Source: Octopus bimaculoides (taxonomy: Eukaryota). From it: a stretch of DNA of 42,916 nt. A program made the position numbers and the translations under genes. Under the pieces are notes generated by a model. The model was not told where the DNA came from, searched no databases, and worked only from the letters and a program-made list of their open reading frames with translations. The stretch spans positions 40,440,321 to 40,483,236 of the forward strand of contig NC_068996.1 of assembly GCF_001194135.2 (NCBI RefSeq). The letters are read 5' to 3'. Positions 12,765 to 26,190 of the stretch are shown here, in pieces; position 1 is the stretch's first letter; every line of letters starts with the position of its first letter.

Positions 12765-12982
12765 ATCTCTTACTTGTTTCAGCCATTAAACTGTAGCCAT
12801 GCTCGGGCACCGCCATGAAAGGTTTTAGTCGAAAAAAAAATCGATCTCAGTACTTTATTTTATCGGTTTCTTGTGCCGTATCGCTAGGCTATACAGATGT
12901 AGACAAACCAACTCTGATTGTCAAGCTGTGATGGGGACAAGCACAGACGGACACACACACACACGTGTGTGTGTGTGTGTGC

Positions 12983-13029
<47 letters not shown>

Positions 13030-13170
13030 TACATACATGGACACATGACGGGGTTCTTTCACCGGTCAGTCCGAGGGTTATAGTAAGACACTTGCTCAAA
13101 GTACCACCACTTAGTGGGACTGAACCGAGAACCGTTCAGTTGGAAAGCAAACTCCTTACAACACGGCTGC
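12765..13170 (-). mobile_element. Longer composite tRNA-derived SINE (second family, internal (CA)n(TA)n spacer), diverged
   Basis: Collinear with 18172-18561 and the reverse complement of 32201-32590. Confidence 0.7.
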
Positions 13171-13609
13171 CACGGAAAACCTTCGAGTAACAAATAATTG
13201 TTGTTGTTAGCTGTCAGTCTTAATTGCGCAGGTTCAAAGTCGCTCCTTTGTATAGGAAGGAACTATTCAAATTTCCACTCCCTTCTTTTGAGATAGTTTA
13301 GGGTGATTTTAAACAAAAGTAGCTTCTCCTTTTTCTTTTTTTCTTTTTTTTTTATCAATTTATTGGGATAGTGAATTCTTTTGGCCGAAATATTTCCGGT
13401 CCCTTTTTATTTCTCTCTCCCTGATTATTATCTCTATTCTTCCGTAAAAAATTCTTGTCACTCCTTTAGTTTATTCAATGGTAACTTTAATCTCCTTCTT
13501 CAATTTTGTTATTCTTTTCTTCGAGATTTTTTTTTTGTTTTACTATTACCTTCATTTTTTTTATCTGTCATTTTCTTTTTTCCGGCCCCTTGCTTCTAAA
13601 TCCGTTCCA

Positions 13610-13675
<66 letters not shown>

Positions 13676-13931
13676 TACACACACATAAAGCTTATCTTTG
13701 CCTCTCTCATTCGATCGATCATACATACATATTTCGTTATCTCTCTTTTCATCGACGACTGTCTCCTCGCTCCACTTTTCAACATGTTCCTCTCTTATTT
13801 TCGACACTCCATCTCCCTTTACGTCGTAACTTTTCGTAACTTTCTTCCAATTTCATTCTTTTGTAACTTTGTCTCTTTCTTTTTCCTTCTCCCCTCTCTC
13901 TCTAGTTTCTCGTCATTCACATCTCCCTCTT

Positions 13932-14075
13932 TATAGTATGCCTTTGTAGAACAAATGTAGACTGAGATATAGGGTTTCTGGACAGCTGGATAGACAGAAT
14001 TTCACGTTTATTATAGCAGATACCAGTGTGTGTTGTATGCAAATTGTCTTAAACTGCAGGTTGCTTTTTTTCTAA
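13932..14075 (+). repeat. Left arm of a 144-bp near-perfect inverted repeat
   Basis: Reverse complement of 15552-15695 with 2 mismatches by manual comparison. Non-repetitive sequence, TATAGTATG...TTTTTTTCTAA. Confidence 0.95.
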
Positions 14076-14914
14076 CACCCTCTCTCTCTTTATATATATT
14101 TTCTTCTTGAATAGATTCTTTATATAAATTTTCTTCAGTTCGCGCCTCCCCTATGTTTGACTGTTCGCGCCTCAAGCTCTCTTTTATTTCTCTCTTATCT
14201 CTTTTCTCTTTTATTCATCCTGTACTTTTTTTTGTTTTGCTGCTGCTGTTGTCTCTCTTTCGCTTTCTTCGATTCTCTCTCTCTCTCTTCTTTCGATTCT
14301 CTTTATTTCCTTTCCTTTATCGTCTTTTCCTTCGCTTGTCTCTCTCTCTCTTTCATCTGGCTTTCTTATATATCTTTCTCCCTCTCTCATATTGATAGCT
14401 AGATAGACAAATCATTAGGACAACTTGTTGATCTTCTACACCCAACATTTAAACTAGTTCTTAAAAACAGAACATCGTTGAAGCCAACAGGCTAATTGAA
14501 TCAACCTGTTTCCACCACTTTGTTAAATGACAATCATTTAAGACTAATTTACACGGTTTAATCAGTGGACACTTTTGTTTCTGGTAGTTCTGCTTTGCTA
14601 TCAAATTTAACCAGAATGTCTATAGAATTAGTGTGGAATGTTTGTCCTCCTCCACCTTAGATAATGCCATCGCCTTCATAAATTACAGAAATTTAGAACA
14701 AATTAAAAGCCAATTGCTTCACTAGGCACCAATTCCAAATGTTTTTTTTTTTTATTATTTTAAATTTTTGTACATTAGTCAGTCAGTTGTAATTCCTGTA
14801 ATTTACTTGTGTCGCATATGTTTCTGTTGTCATAAGAGCTCACTATTTGTTCAACTTTTAATCACCATCATCATCATCATCATCATCATCATTATCGTCG
14901 TCGTCGTCGTTTAA

Positions 14915-15275
14915 GGCGGCGAGCTGGCAGAATCGTTAGCACACCGGGCGAAAAGCTTAGCAGTCTTTCGCTCGTCGCCACGTTCTAAGTTCGAATTCCG
15001 CCGAGGTCAACTTTGCTTTTCATCCTTTTCGGGGGTCGATTAAATGAGTACCAGTGAAACACTGGGGTCAATATAATCGACTCATTCCCTGCCCCCCACC
15101 CAAATTTCAGGTCTTGTGCCTATAGTAGAAAGAATAATAATAATAATTATTATTATTATTGTTAAGGCGCGAGCAGGCAGAATCGCTAGTATGCCAGGAA
15201 ATGCTTAGCGGCGTTTCGTCCGTCGTTGCGTTCTGAGTTCAAATTCAGCCAAGGTTGACTTTGCCTTTCATCCTG
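14915..15275 (+). mobile_element. Two SINE copies (about 14915-15130 and 15165-15275)
   Basis: aaggcggcgagctggcagaatcgttagc... with an (AAT)n/(TTA)n tail, then a truncated second copy aaggcgcgagcaggcagaatcgc...gcctttcatcc. Confidence 0.8.
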
Positions 15276-15551
15276 GTGTCTGTATTGACTGCCGCAATAT
15301 ATGAGGGGCCGCCGTGCATATTATAATATAGTGTATGTGTGTGAAGAAGTGTTGTGATGCTTGCTAGATCAGTTTTTATCATATACACTCCACTGGCATA
15401 TCAGCTCTTATCAAAACCGCCCACACCATCCCATGCCACTAACATAGAAGACATCGGCGTTAAACGATGCTGATGACGATGATGACAACAAGATTCTCTG
15501 GACTAAGAGTATGAGCTTAAAGTGGATCTAAGAGCAGATGAAATGATTCTT

Positions 15552-15695
15552 TTAGAAAAAAAGCAACCTGCAGTTTAAGACAATTTGCATACAGCACACA
15601 CTGGTATCTGCTATAATAAACGTGAAATTCTGTCTATCCAGCTGTCCAGAAACCCTATATCTCAGTCTACATTTGTTCTACAAAGACATACTATA
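15552..15695 (-). repeat. Right arm of the 144-bp near-perfect inverted repeat
   Basis: TTAGAAAAAAAGCAACC...CATACTATA, the reverse complement of 13932-14075. Confidence 0.95.
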
Positions 15696-17249
15696 TCTTT
15701 TTTGGAATCAGGATGATCCCAGGATTGAAAATCTGTCCTTTATTTGGTTCCTGAACATCCAGCATTGGGATCGGGTTTGGATGAGGATTTGTTATATGCT
15801 AACAGTTGAAAATTCAAATTTTAAAAGAACTCCAAACGTTTGTGAATTTAAAAGGTTTTCCATTTAAACTGGAAACTAAACCCAAAACTTTGTGAATTTA
15901 AAAAATATTTTAAAATCAGTTCATTTAAAACTAGATCCNNNNNNNNNNNNNNNNNNNNNNNNNNNNNNNNNNNNNNNNNNNNNNNGTTGGACTGAACTTT
16001 TGGTTGGACTGGACTTTTGGTTGGACTGGACTTTCAGCCTGAATCAGAGTTAAAGTGAATTTTTGAAGTTCCATGGAGTGAATTGAGGAATTTAATTTTA
16101 ATTCTTATACAAAATGTCCTGGAAAAGCACAACCCAGAGCTCTTAGGAAAAGGGAGAGAAGAGGAGACACTAGCAAGGAAGAGGAGGTCAAGGGCTGTAG
16201 ATGACAGTAAGATTTTAACAAGGAGAGAAGCTGATGTAGTAAGGAAGAACAGATCAAGAGCTGCAGAAAATGGAAGTCAGACTTTATGAAGGAGAGAGGC
16301 AGATGCTGGAAATCATGGTAAACCAAAGATATGCCAGATAGGTTAGTCATAATCACAATCACTCCAAAAGCAGTGCAGCTTCTTTTCTGAGCCTGTCCAA
16401 GCTGGCTTTTCAATACAACTGTCACAGTGACTATTCGATTCATCCCAGGATATCTATTGGATCAATGACCATTCAGTGTGAGCATTGCAATGCCTTCAAA
16501 TTCAAAGATGGATCTGAAGGAATGTGCTGTATTAAAGGAAAAAATACAGTTTGATTACCTCCTTTGTTGATGTACTTGCACACATAATTTATGGACTTGA
16601 CACTGTTGTGGACCCCAAATGAGGCTGTGAATTATCCAACTGAGTTTCTTAACTCTTTGGATCCTCCTGGAATGCCTTCTCACAAATAGACATCGAAGAA
16701 AGGAATTCCAATGATGCTTTTGAGAAATCCGGATCTTCCAAAGCTGTGCAACGGAACAAGATTGATTGTCAGGCAAATGCATCCACATATTTTGGAAGCA
16801 ACAATCCTCACTGGACAAGGAAAGGGAGAAAATGTGTTTATTCCAAGAATTCCACTGATTCCAGCAGAAATGTCCTTTGAATTTAAGAGATTTCAATTTC
16901 CCATAAGAGCTAGTTTTGCAATGTCAATCAACAAGAGTCAATCACTCAAAATTATCGGACTTCACCTCATGCAGCGGTGCTTTTCCCATGGTCAGATCCA
17001 TGATGGTTGTTCCAGAGCTGGAAATGGAATCAGTCTCTTCATTCTCACACCAAATGGTAAAACCAAGAATGTTGTTTATCCTGTTGCTTTACAGTGATCT
17101 CCAAATGTCACAATGATGCAAAATTCCCCAAATATGATAGCAATAAATGCTTTATTATTATTGCTCTCTTTAGTTTTGGGCCACGGGCCCAATTAGCCCT
17201 CTAAAGGAGCTAACTTAAAAACCCACATAAAGTGTGGCTTTTAAGCTAG
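15696..17249 (+). mobile_element. Internally deleted, non-autonomous Helitron (RepHel N-terminus fused to PIF1-like helicase C-terminus)
   Basis: About 16440-16560 reads ISIGSMTIQCEHCNAFKFKDGSEGMCCIKGK (Helitron N-terminal Zn-binding motif). This is joined almost directly to NYPTEFLNSLDPPGMPSHK..GIPMMLLRNPDLPKLCNGTRLIV...FIPRIPLIP..FEFKRFQFPIRASFAMSINKSQ..FSHGQ..CSR..TKNVVYP (helicase motifs IV-VI, ORF 16711-17097). The 3' end has a subterminal hairpin (aaaacccaca/tgtggctttt, about 17217-17242) and CTAG at 17246-17249 followed by T. The putative 5' TC at 15696 follows an A; this end is less certain because of the gap at 15939-15985. Confidence 0.85.
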
Positions 17250-18040
17250 TGTTTAATATGTTTGAAAAGTGGGAAATTTTCAGTGCAGTCACACACAATG
17301 TGAGCTATCAACAAGTAGTTTCAAATCAAGCCCTCAAAAGAAGGCAAAGTAAAAAAATTACAGAGAAAAATTAGCAATGAATGAGGACTACTGTATGATG
17401 GTAGCTGGAGAAGAGACCGTTGAGTTAAAACTTGGGTGTCTTTTTAGTTTTAAAACTTTTTAAAATCTTTGTGAAAATTGTTTTATTAATTCAAAAATAA
17501 TGATAAAGTTTTATATAAAAACAAATTATAATTTACCACCTACACTTTTTTCTGCAAAATAGGAGTAGTTTATCCTGTTCAGGCTATATTATTAGCATTA
17601 TCCTGCGTTTGAGAATTTAAAATCACTTCTTATAATTTAAGTTTATACATCTCTAGGTATGTGGGTATCATTTGCTGATTAAAAATATATCTATTAGTTG
17701 TGATCATACTTTTTTTGTTTTTTTTTAATGTTTCGTTATTTAGTCTTTTTAGAGCAATTTCATCACCCCACATCTGTGACATTCTCAACTGATACCCTCC
17801 TCTTCATGTAGTTTCTTGTTCATATGTATGTTACAATATGCATGTTTCTCAACATCCCTAAGACTATGATTCTAACAATATAGCAACACATGGCTGCACA
17901 AAAACCAAAAAAAAAAAACAAGGAAAAAAAAAACCTTTCAGTCTAATAACATAGGAATCCATAAATAAATAAATAAATTAAAAAATCAAATTTAATTTTT
18001 AAAATTTTTATTGTATTTTTCAGAAACCCCCCAACACTAA

Positions 18041-18561
<521 letters not shown>

Positions 18562-18857
18562 AATATGTTTTTTTTAAGGAAATTTTGTGTTTCAGTTCTT
18601 GAGGTTTCTAAACTATTCTCTAAATATATACAAGCTTTACATGTGCGTATATCTGTATCTCTGTGCACATGTGTAAGTCTGTATGCAAATGTACATGTGT
18701 GTGTGTGTATGTGTGTATGCTTCTGAAATTTGCTATTATTTTTAGAGTCAGAAGAATGTGAATTTGTAGCATTCATGGTTTTTCTTTGCAGAGTTCAGTG
18801 TTTCAGTTAAAATTAAGTGATTCCAACTGATGTATACCATTTTAAGATTATGAGTTT

Positions 18858-19076
18858 TTATAAAGAACATACATAAATTAAATGTTACATTCATTACTTT
18901 TCCAAGAATATTATAAAGAACATACATAAATTAAATGTTACATTCATTACTTTTCCAAGAATNNNNNNNNNNATTATAAAGAACATACATAAATTAAATG
19001 TTACATTCATTACTTTTCCAAGAATATTATAAAGAACATACATAAATTAAATGTTACATTCATTACTTTTCCAAGA
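18858..19076 (+). repeat. 53-bp tandem repeat, 2 units on each side of a 10-N gap (possible scaffolding duplication)
   Basis: Unit ttataaagaacatacataaattaaatgttacattcattacttttccaagaata starts at 18858, 18911, 18974 and 19027. The copies are identical. Confidence 0.85.
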
Positions 19077-19489
19077 TGGTGGATTAGCAGAATCATTAGA
19101 ATGCTGGACAAAATACCTTCTTGAGCTGTATATTCTCAGTTCAAATCTTACTAAGGCCAACTTTGCCTTTCATCTTTCTGGAATTGATAGATAAATATCA
19201 AGTATTTGTAGGATATAATCGTCCTGTTCCCTTTCTAAATTCTGGTCTGGTGCCTGTGTAAGAGGCCAATATTAATTAGTCAGTAACATACACAAAGTGG
19301 AAAATAATGTTTTACCAGATGAAATTTATTTATAAATGAGAAGCTTGTTCCATTTGAGTATTAATTATGATTTCCAGTTGTGGAACTTTATGGCTACTGT
19401 CAGCCTTATAAGTAGTCTCTTGTCTTCATGTTAAAAGGGTTCTTCTAATGTTTCTTACTCGATGCATCTAGTGTACAGAGATGTATGGA

Positions 19490-19815
19490 GATATGTGGCT
19501 TAGTGGTTAGGGTATTCAGTTCACAGTCATAAGGCCATGAGTTCGATTCCTGTCAGTGCATTGTGTTCTTGAGCAAGACACTTTATTTCATGTTTTTCCA
19601 GTCCAGTCAGCTGGCAAAAAAATGAGTTGTACCTGTATTTCAAAGGACCAGCTTTGTCACGTTCGTTGTGTCACACTGAATCTCCCTGTGAACTATGTTA
19701 AGGGTACATGTATCTATAGAGTGCTCGGTTACATGCATGTTAATTTCATAAGTATTCTGTTCCATTCATTAAATCAACTGGAATCTTTGTCATCATAACC
19801 AATGAATTCCCCTTG
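19490..19815 (+). mobile_element. tRNA-derived SINE, third family
   Basis: gTGGCTTAGTGGttagggtattc...GAGTTCGATTCCtg (A and B boxes), then gttcttgagcaagacactt.... A related minus-strand copy lies at about 40825-40995. Confidence 0.75.
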
Positions 19816-21262
19816 TAGGGGGTGAAGTGAGATTTATTTCTGACAACTGATTCATTATTTATATCCCCTTATTGACAAAGAATTCTATAAGCTGGAGGTG
19901 GCAGTTAAAATACTCAATATCAGCTTTTAGTTCAATGAGATTAAGAGATGTTCTTGCTTTGCCAATTAACCTGAGATGATTATCATTTAGCTTATTTCTT
20001 TCCTTTCACACCAAATGCTTGTCTTCATGAGAAATCATTAATTTTGTCAGAGATTCAACAAAACTTTTTTTGTCTGTGACCAGTTCACAGTTTCAAATGG
20101 CGAAAATTTTGACACCACATTACACATAAATGCTTATGTGATTCTAACAGTTTTTGAGCATTTCTGAGTGGCTATCTTATGTCTTCCATGCTGCTGCTAC
20201 TACTTTAGTTTCAGCAAACAATCTCAGATAAAAAAACACTTTCTATGCAAGTACATCTCCGTAATTCATTTCTTTGGTTTTGTTGATTTTTTTCTCTGGG
20301 CCATGTTAAAGTTCAGGTCTCTAAGAGCTTGTTTACTTTTTCAAGATTTGAACTTTTTTCAGTTCTTGGACATTATATCCATACACAGTATTTCCATCTT
20401 AGCTTAACAAATGGACTGTTTGTTATTTTAATTTATATACTCTTTGTAGTTGTCTTGACAGAAATATAACAGCTGTCTATATTTGCCATGGTTCTTTCAA
20501 TAATTTTCATTATTTGTGTTGGGGTTACTAAGTTAATATCTCTGTGAATTTTCTGTCTCCTTTTCCCATATTAAAATTCACTGTTGGTAAATGCCACTGG
20601 AAATGCTAGATTTCTTTATAAGCTTATTAACTCTGTGATAAGTACAAAACAAACAATTCCTGAGGTTTCTTGTTTCAGCAGCTATCACAGAGTTCACCAG
20701 CTTGTTCAACAACTGGTCAAAATAAGAGGCCAATTTGCAGCCACTTCATTCAACATGCTAGAAATAGTAGTCAAATCTTAATCAAACCACATTACCAACT
20801 TGAAAGAAAACATATTGGTTAATGTAGCCAAAAATATGCTATATCTGAAGAAGAAGAAGAAAAAAATCAGGATGGTTAAACTGGTCACAATGGCACTTCT
20901 GTATTCTTGTGTTGATTTGTTCCGTTACATTTTTGTCATTCCAAGTATTTCTGACTTTTCATCTTTGTATCAGTTAAGAGTATTAGATATCTTTCTTCTT
21001 GTGTAAATCTAACATCTAAAATTTCATCTAATTTCTGTGTCTAGTTTACTGCTGCCTTTCTTTCTATCCATTTTGTAGTCTTAAGAGGATGAGTTAAATT
21101 TCTGTTTGGATAGGATATCAGTCAGTCTGTAGTAAATAACATTCTTGGAATGATGTTCTGCTATACACGTATGCATATACATATACAAGTGTGTCTGTGT
21201 GCACATATATATATAGATATGCATATACATACATACTTATACACACATATATATTCATACAT

Positions 21263-21309
<47 letters not shown>

Positions 21310-22337
21310 NNNNNNNNNNNNNNNNNNNNNNNNNNNNNNNNNNNNNNNNNNNNNNNNNNNNNNNNNNNNNNNNNNNNNNNNNNNNNNNNNNNNNNNNNNN
21401 NNNNNNNNNNNNNNNNNNNNNNNNNNNNNNNNNNNNNNNNNNNNNNNNNNNNNNNNNNNNNNNNNNNNNNNNNNNNNNNNNNNNNNNNNNNNNNNNNNNN
21501 NNNNNNNNNNNNNNNNNNNNNNNNNNNNNNNNNNNNNNNNNNNNNNNNNNNNNNNNNNNNNNNNNNNNNNNNNNNNNNNNNNNNNNNNNNNNNNNNNNNN
21601 NNNNNNNNNNNNNNNNNNNNNNNNNNNNNNNNNNNNNNNNTATATATATATGTGTGTGTGTGTGTGTGTATACATAAATACATATATTTGTGTGTGTGCG
21701 TATATATGTATGTATGTATGTATGTATTCTCCAAAGGTAGGTGAACTGTACTGAGATAATATCAGATACAGTGATGCTTTAATACAACATATCCTGCAGT
21801 GGATTTATACCCATCAAGGCCAAAAAGTTGGCAGTTTGATATTGTTACTACTCAACAATTTAAATGACATAAAAATTATGCTGTGAAGAAAAAAACATTA
21901 TGCTACAATGATATTTCTATTTTAAATGTTATTCCTCTCTGGGAACACCCTCAGCTGTTTCTTTTCCCTTATAATCCTGCAAATGTGGTGTGTATAAGGG
22001 ATCAGAGAAGCTGATCAGTTAGAGTTTTCATTTGCCTTTATCATATCACTTATGCAAGCGATCTGCTTAACAAATTAAGAGGATGCTCGTACTGCTTGTG
22101 TAATGATTGTAACCTAGTGTTGGTGCCATGATAAAATGCACCCAATAAGAAAGTGAGTGAGTGGTTGGTGATAACAACAGGCATCCATCAATAAGAATAA
22201 AAGCCAAACCCAAAGAGGTGTGTATGAGCAAGATACTGGTTTCTGTTAGTGACTTTGAAAAGAAATTGATTTTGATCATGACAACCTGTCTAACTAATGC
22301 CATCATGGAAAAATGGATGTATAAATGATGCTTCTCA

Positions 22338-22382
<45 letters not shown>

Positions 22383-22404
22383 ATTGTTATTATTATTACT
22401 ATTA

Positions 22405-22590
22405 CTATTTAAAAAAATACACATACACGTGGTGTAGAAAACAAACAGATATATTAGTATAATACTCGGGAATTGAAAATGTTTCGAGCCTACGCTCTTC
22501 CATAGAAAGGAACACAGAAAGAAACAAGGAGAGAAAAAAAATGTGTGTAGTGGCTAGCGATCCATCATGGTGAATGCCAGTTAGAAGGGT
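22405..22590 (-). repeat. Dispersed ~180-bp repeat carrying a degenerate hammerhead-like motif (family 2; probable solo Penelope-like terminus)
   Basis: Homologous to 30880-31060 and partly to 31255-31365. At about 22475-22509 the minus strand reads CTTT-CTATGGAA-GAGC GTAG GCTC-GAAA-CA.... Embedded in (TA)n. Confidence 0.55.
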
Positions 22591-23697
22591 CACACAGGAG
22601 ATATATATATGCATATGTGTGTGTGTATATATATATATGTTGAGGAAAAGGAGGCAGTCAGAATTTTGGATAATTAGACAGTCAGAATTCTGGATAATCC
22701 TTTATTAGCATTTCCGTTTGTCAAGACAAAATCAATATCAAAATGGTAAAGCAGAAAGTTTCATTGTTCATTTATATGAATAGGATGCTTTTTTGCTTTG
22801 TTTAGAAGAGGAGAATATTGTTTTCCTTTTTTTGGGAAAAAGGGAGCAAGAGAGAAAGAAACACAAAAGGGGTGGGCAAAGAAAGAGGTTTCAGAACAAT
22901 CAAGAAAGAGAAGAAAAATTATAAAGGATGGGGAAAGATAGATAGATAGATAAATAGATGGATGGATGGATAAATAGACAGATTAAATAGACAGGGATAG
23001 ATAAAGAGAAAGAGAGAGAGGTTTCTTTTCAATTTGATGTGGTCAATTCATTGAAATTTTATTACAAAGCATTTTTCTTTCCTTTTTTCTTCCTATTGTA
23101 TACCAATCAACATATTTATAAATAAATACATTTTCTCACAGGGTGGTGACCTCTCAAGAGGTCAGTTTTAGGAAGTAGGATGGAAGAATTAAGAAAAAAG
23201 AGGAGGGTGTGGTCATCACTGAAAAATAAAAAAAGAGCTCAAAGTTCAAAATCCTATGAAAATGTATATTCCTTTACACTTGTATAGTCAAGTCCCATAT
23301 TCTGTGTAATTCCATGTTTTGCATGAACAAACACTAAATATTAGTACAATATTCATAAATTAAGAAAATAAAGTCAGAATCTATTCTCTATGTAAATTTA
23401 ATCAAACATCACAAATGAGTTTTGTATATATATTGTATATTTAGCTGGAAGCCATTTTGTAGGATATAGTTTTGATTTTCTTGTTTGTTTGGCTAAGATA
23501 ATTCAAAAAGAGATCTTTTTCACAAATTACTTTGCCAAGTAGCTCCATTAGATATGAGGGAACCTATAAGGGAACCAGAACCCCGGAAACAACAAAAAAT
23601 GGAAACACAGTAATACAATTCCTTTTTTAGGGAGAAAATACCACAATTGCGCATCAGACCTGATGCAATAAAAAGTTTTAATGAGCACACAGAACAT

Positions 23698-26190
23698 ATA
23701 GACCTAAAGAGCATAAATTTGTCAAATAGAAACCTCAACAAGAATGAGATGAACCTCCTACTGAAATAGACACCCACTCTTAATCTCATTGAACTAAAAG
23801 CTGATATTGAGCATTTTAACTGCTGCCTCCAGCTTATAGAATTCTTTGTCAATAAGGGGATATAAATGATGAATCAGTTGTCAGAAATAAATCTCACTTC
23901 ACCCCCTACAAGGGGAATGACAAGACTTTAGACACATATGCAGGCACAATTTTGAAATCTTCCCTAAGTACCTATAGATGCAAGCAAAACCTTCGTGAAG
24001 AAGAAAAGGAAGCTTTACTAACACTGAAGAATGACTATTCAATCATTCTAAAAGACAACGATAAAGGAGGGGCGATAGTAATCATGGACAAAGACTACTA
24101 TAAAGATAAAATATTGGAAATTCTGACAGACCAAATCAACAAGGAAGAACCAAGACACCAGGAAAAATTAATAATGAATAAAATCAAAGCACTAATTAAT
24201 GAATACCAAGATTCCTTCACAGACAAAGAGAAAGGTTATTTATGCAACTCTGGGATCAAAGAGTGCAATTTCTATGGATTACCCAAAATCAAAAAAAAAC
24301 CTGAGTACAGAGAGCCATAAATGAGCAGGAGAACCAATACATGAAAATACTAAGACCTACTAACCTTAAGCTGAGACCAATAGTTGCTGAACCTCAAGCA
24401 CCAGCACAACAACTGAGTCATTTTTTGGAAATACTCCTAAAGTTTTTATGCCCATTAATACCCAGCAATATATGGGATGGCATAGATTTCATCTAACATA
24501 TTCCGCCACCTGTCTCGGACTATAGATACAAGCTTTGATGTCACCAATCTTTATACCAATATATCTCACATTTTGAGCAGGAAGCACTCAAACACTGGGT
24601 AGAGAAACATAGAGGACAGACAAATGAGCACTTCAAAACTGACTTCATCACCAAGGTTTGGTACTAGAAGAAAACACCTTTAGATTTGATAATAAAACAT
24701 ATCAACAGAAAAGGGTACAGCTATGGGGACATAGTTTGCATCCTCATATGCTAGTCTTGGGATACTTGGAAGAAATGCTTTATGAGGAAGTAGAAAGAGC
24801 TTTTAATCAGGATTGCAAAAAATCCATCATGAAAATGTGGAAATGCTTCATCTTTTGGGGCAAATCAAATGAGGACCTACAAATATTTAATAATATACTC
24901 AATACACTTAACCCATCCATCAAATTCATGACAGAATCCAGCTGCAATGAATTACCGTTCCCCTGATATTCACATAAAAATACACAATTCCACAGTCACA
25001 TCAGACATATTTTACAACAAAATGAACATGCACCAATATTTGAATTTCTACTCTTGCCATCCCTCACACATCAGAAGGAACATCCCATACAATATGTTAA
25101 GATGTATCTTTACTATAGTGATTGACCCCAAAATACGTCAAATCTGACTCAATGAGCTCAAAGACTTCCTAACAAAACAGAAATATCCCGCTAGGATTAA
25201 TAAAAGAAGGAATTAAAAATGCAAAGCTGAGAATCACACAACAAAGGACATCAAAGGAAAAAATTAATGAAAACACGATTCCATTTATCAATATGCACAC
25301 AAAAGCAAAGTGGCTCAGTTCCTATCAAGTGTTGGGCCTCACAGAGGCAATGACCAAGACCTTTGGCATTAATGTTGTGCTTGAGAAGAATATCAATCAA
25401 GCTGAACAAAATCACAGTTGTGGGAGACACTGGTGTCATGCAAATGGTATTCATGCCGGTGTTATGTAAAAGTACCCATTACACTCTCAGAGTGGTTGGT
25501 GTTAGGAAGGGCATCTGGCTATAGAAAACTGTGCCTAATCAGACTGGAGTCTGGCGCAGTCTTCTTGCTTACCAGCCCTGGTCAAACCATCCAACCCATG
25601 CCAGGATGGACAACAAACGTTAAATGATGATGATGACAATCATGGAGTAGCCAATATCTTTCACACCATAAAATCAAACCTACCTATTCTTCTACAAAGC
25701 TCCAAAATGAAAAATCTGATTGATAAAAACCCCTTATGACACAGTAGATGTCAACCAAAAATCTCAAAAAACACCTTACAAGGGCAAAATTCACGTCAGA
25801 GAATGAATCAGAATGTGGAGATAACAGATGTGTAACATGCAACAACAACAACAACTTTAAATGCTTAGAAAGTGGTTCCCACATAAAATTCAAGAGCGAA
25901 TTCTTGTTCAAAGTAAATGTATGAACTGCAAGACACAGAATCTCATATGCTGCATTACTTGCCCCTACAGCAAGGAAAATTACATCAGTGAAACAAACAG
26001 TTCCCTCTGCCAACATATAAGAATCCACAGACAACACAGGAATTGCGCAAGATTCACTGAGCAAGCACCTAGAAATGTGGTGAAGAAAAGTTCGAAATCT
26101 TTCCCTTTTATAAATGTTCAAGAGATGACCCAAAATTTCGAAAAGTAATGGAGCTACATTCATCAAAAAATCTCTCCAAAATTAAATGTT
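23698..26190 (+). pseudogene. Disrupted Penelope-like ORF: reverse transcriptase followed by C-terminal GIY-YIG endonuclease
   Basis: Motifs in order: INLSNRNLNKNEMNLLLK; SIILKDNDKGGAIVIMD; FYGLPKIKK; LRPIVA; SFDVTNLYTNISH (24531-24569, RT motif A); ENTFRFDNKTYQQ and GTAMGT (motif B); motif C damaged (WKCFIFWG, no YxDD); NPSIKFMTE; HQYLNFYSCHPSHIRRNIPY; then C..C, KTQNLICCITCPYSKENYISETN and HIRIHRQ (GIY-YIG). Many stops and frameshifts. Confidence 0.9.
25305..25636 (+). mobile_element. 5'-truncated RTE-type LINE 3' end nested in the PLE ORF
   Basis: gggcctcacagaggcaatgacc..gacctttggc..gtgcttgagaaga (LTEAMT..LW..VLEK-like ORF end), then a 3'UTR ending aacgttaaatgatgatgatga. The same 3'UTR occurs at 29150-29470, 31090-31232(-), 33000-33200(-) and 38545-38830. 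Confidence 0.65.

Noticed and set aside
10663-14402. Hydrophobic F/L/S-rich ORFs (10663-11288, 13478-13936, 14153-14402)
   Set aside because: Translations of CT-rich low-complexity DNA, not membrane proteins.
18858-19076. Identical 53-bp repeats as a biological minisatellite or CRISPR-like array
   Set aside because: No spacers and a eukaryotic context. Two identical units on each side of a 10-N gap suggest a contig-overlap duplication.
20150-22310. Possible very old LINE remnants (minus-strand KLRW-like at about 20400; plus-strand DFEK..D.DH-like at about 22250)
   Set aside because: Only isolated motif fragments after assumed frameshifts, too weak to call.
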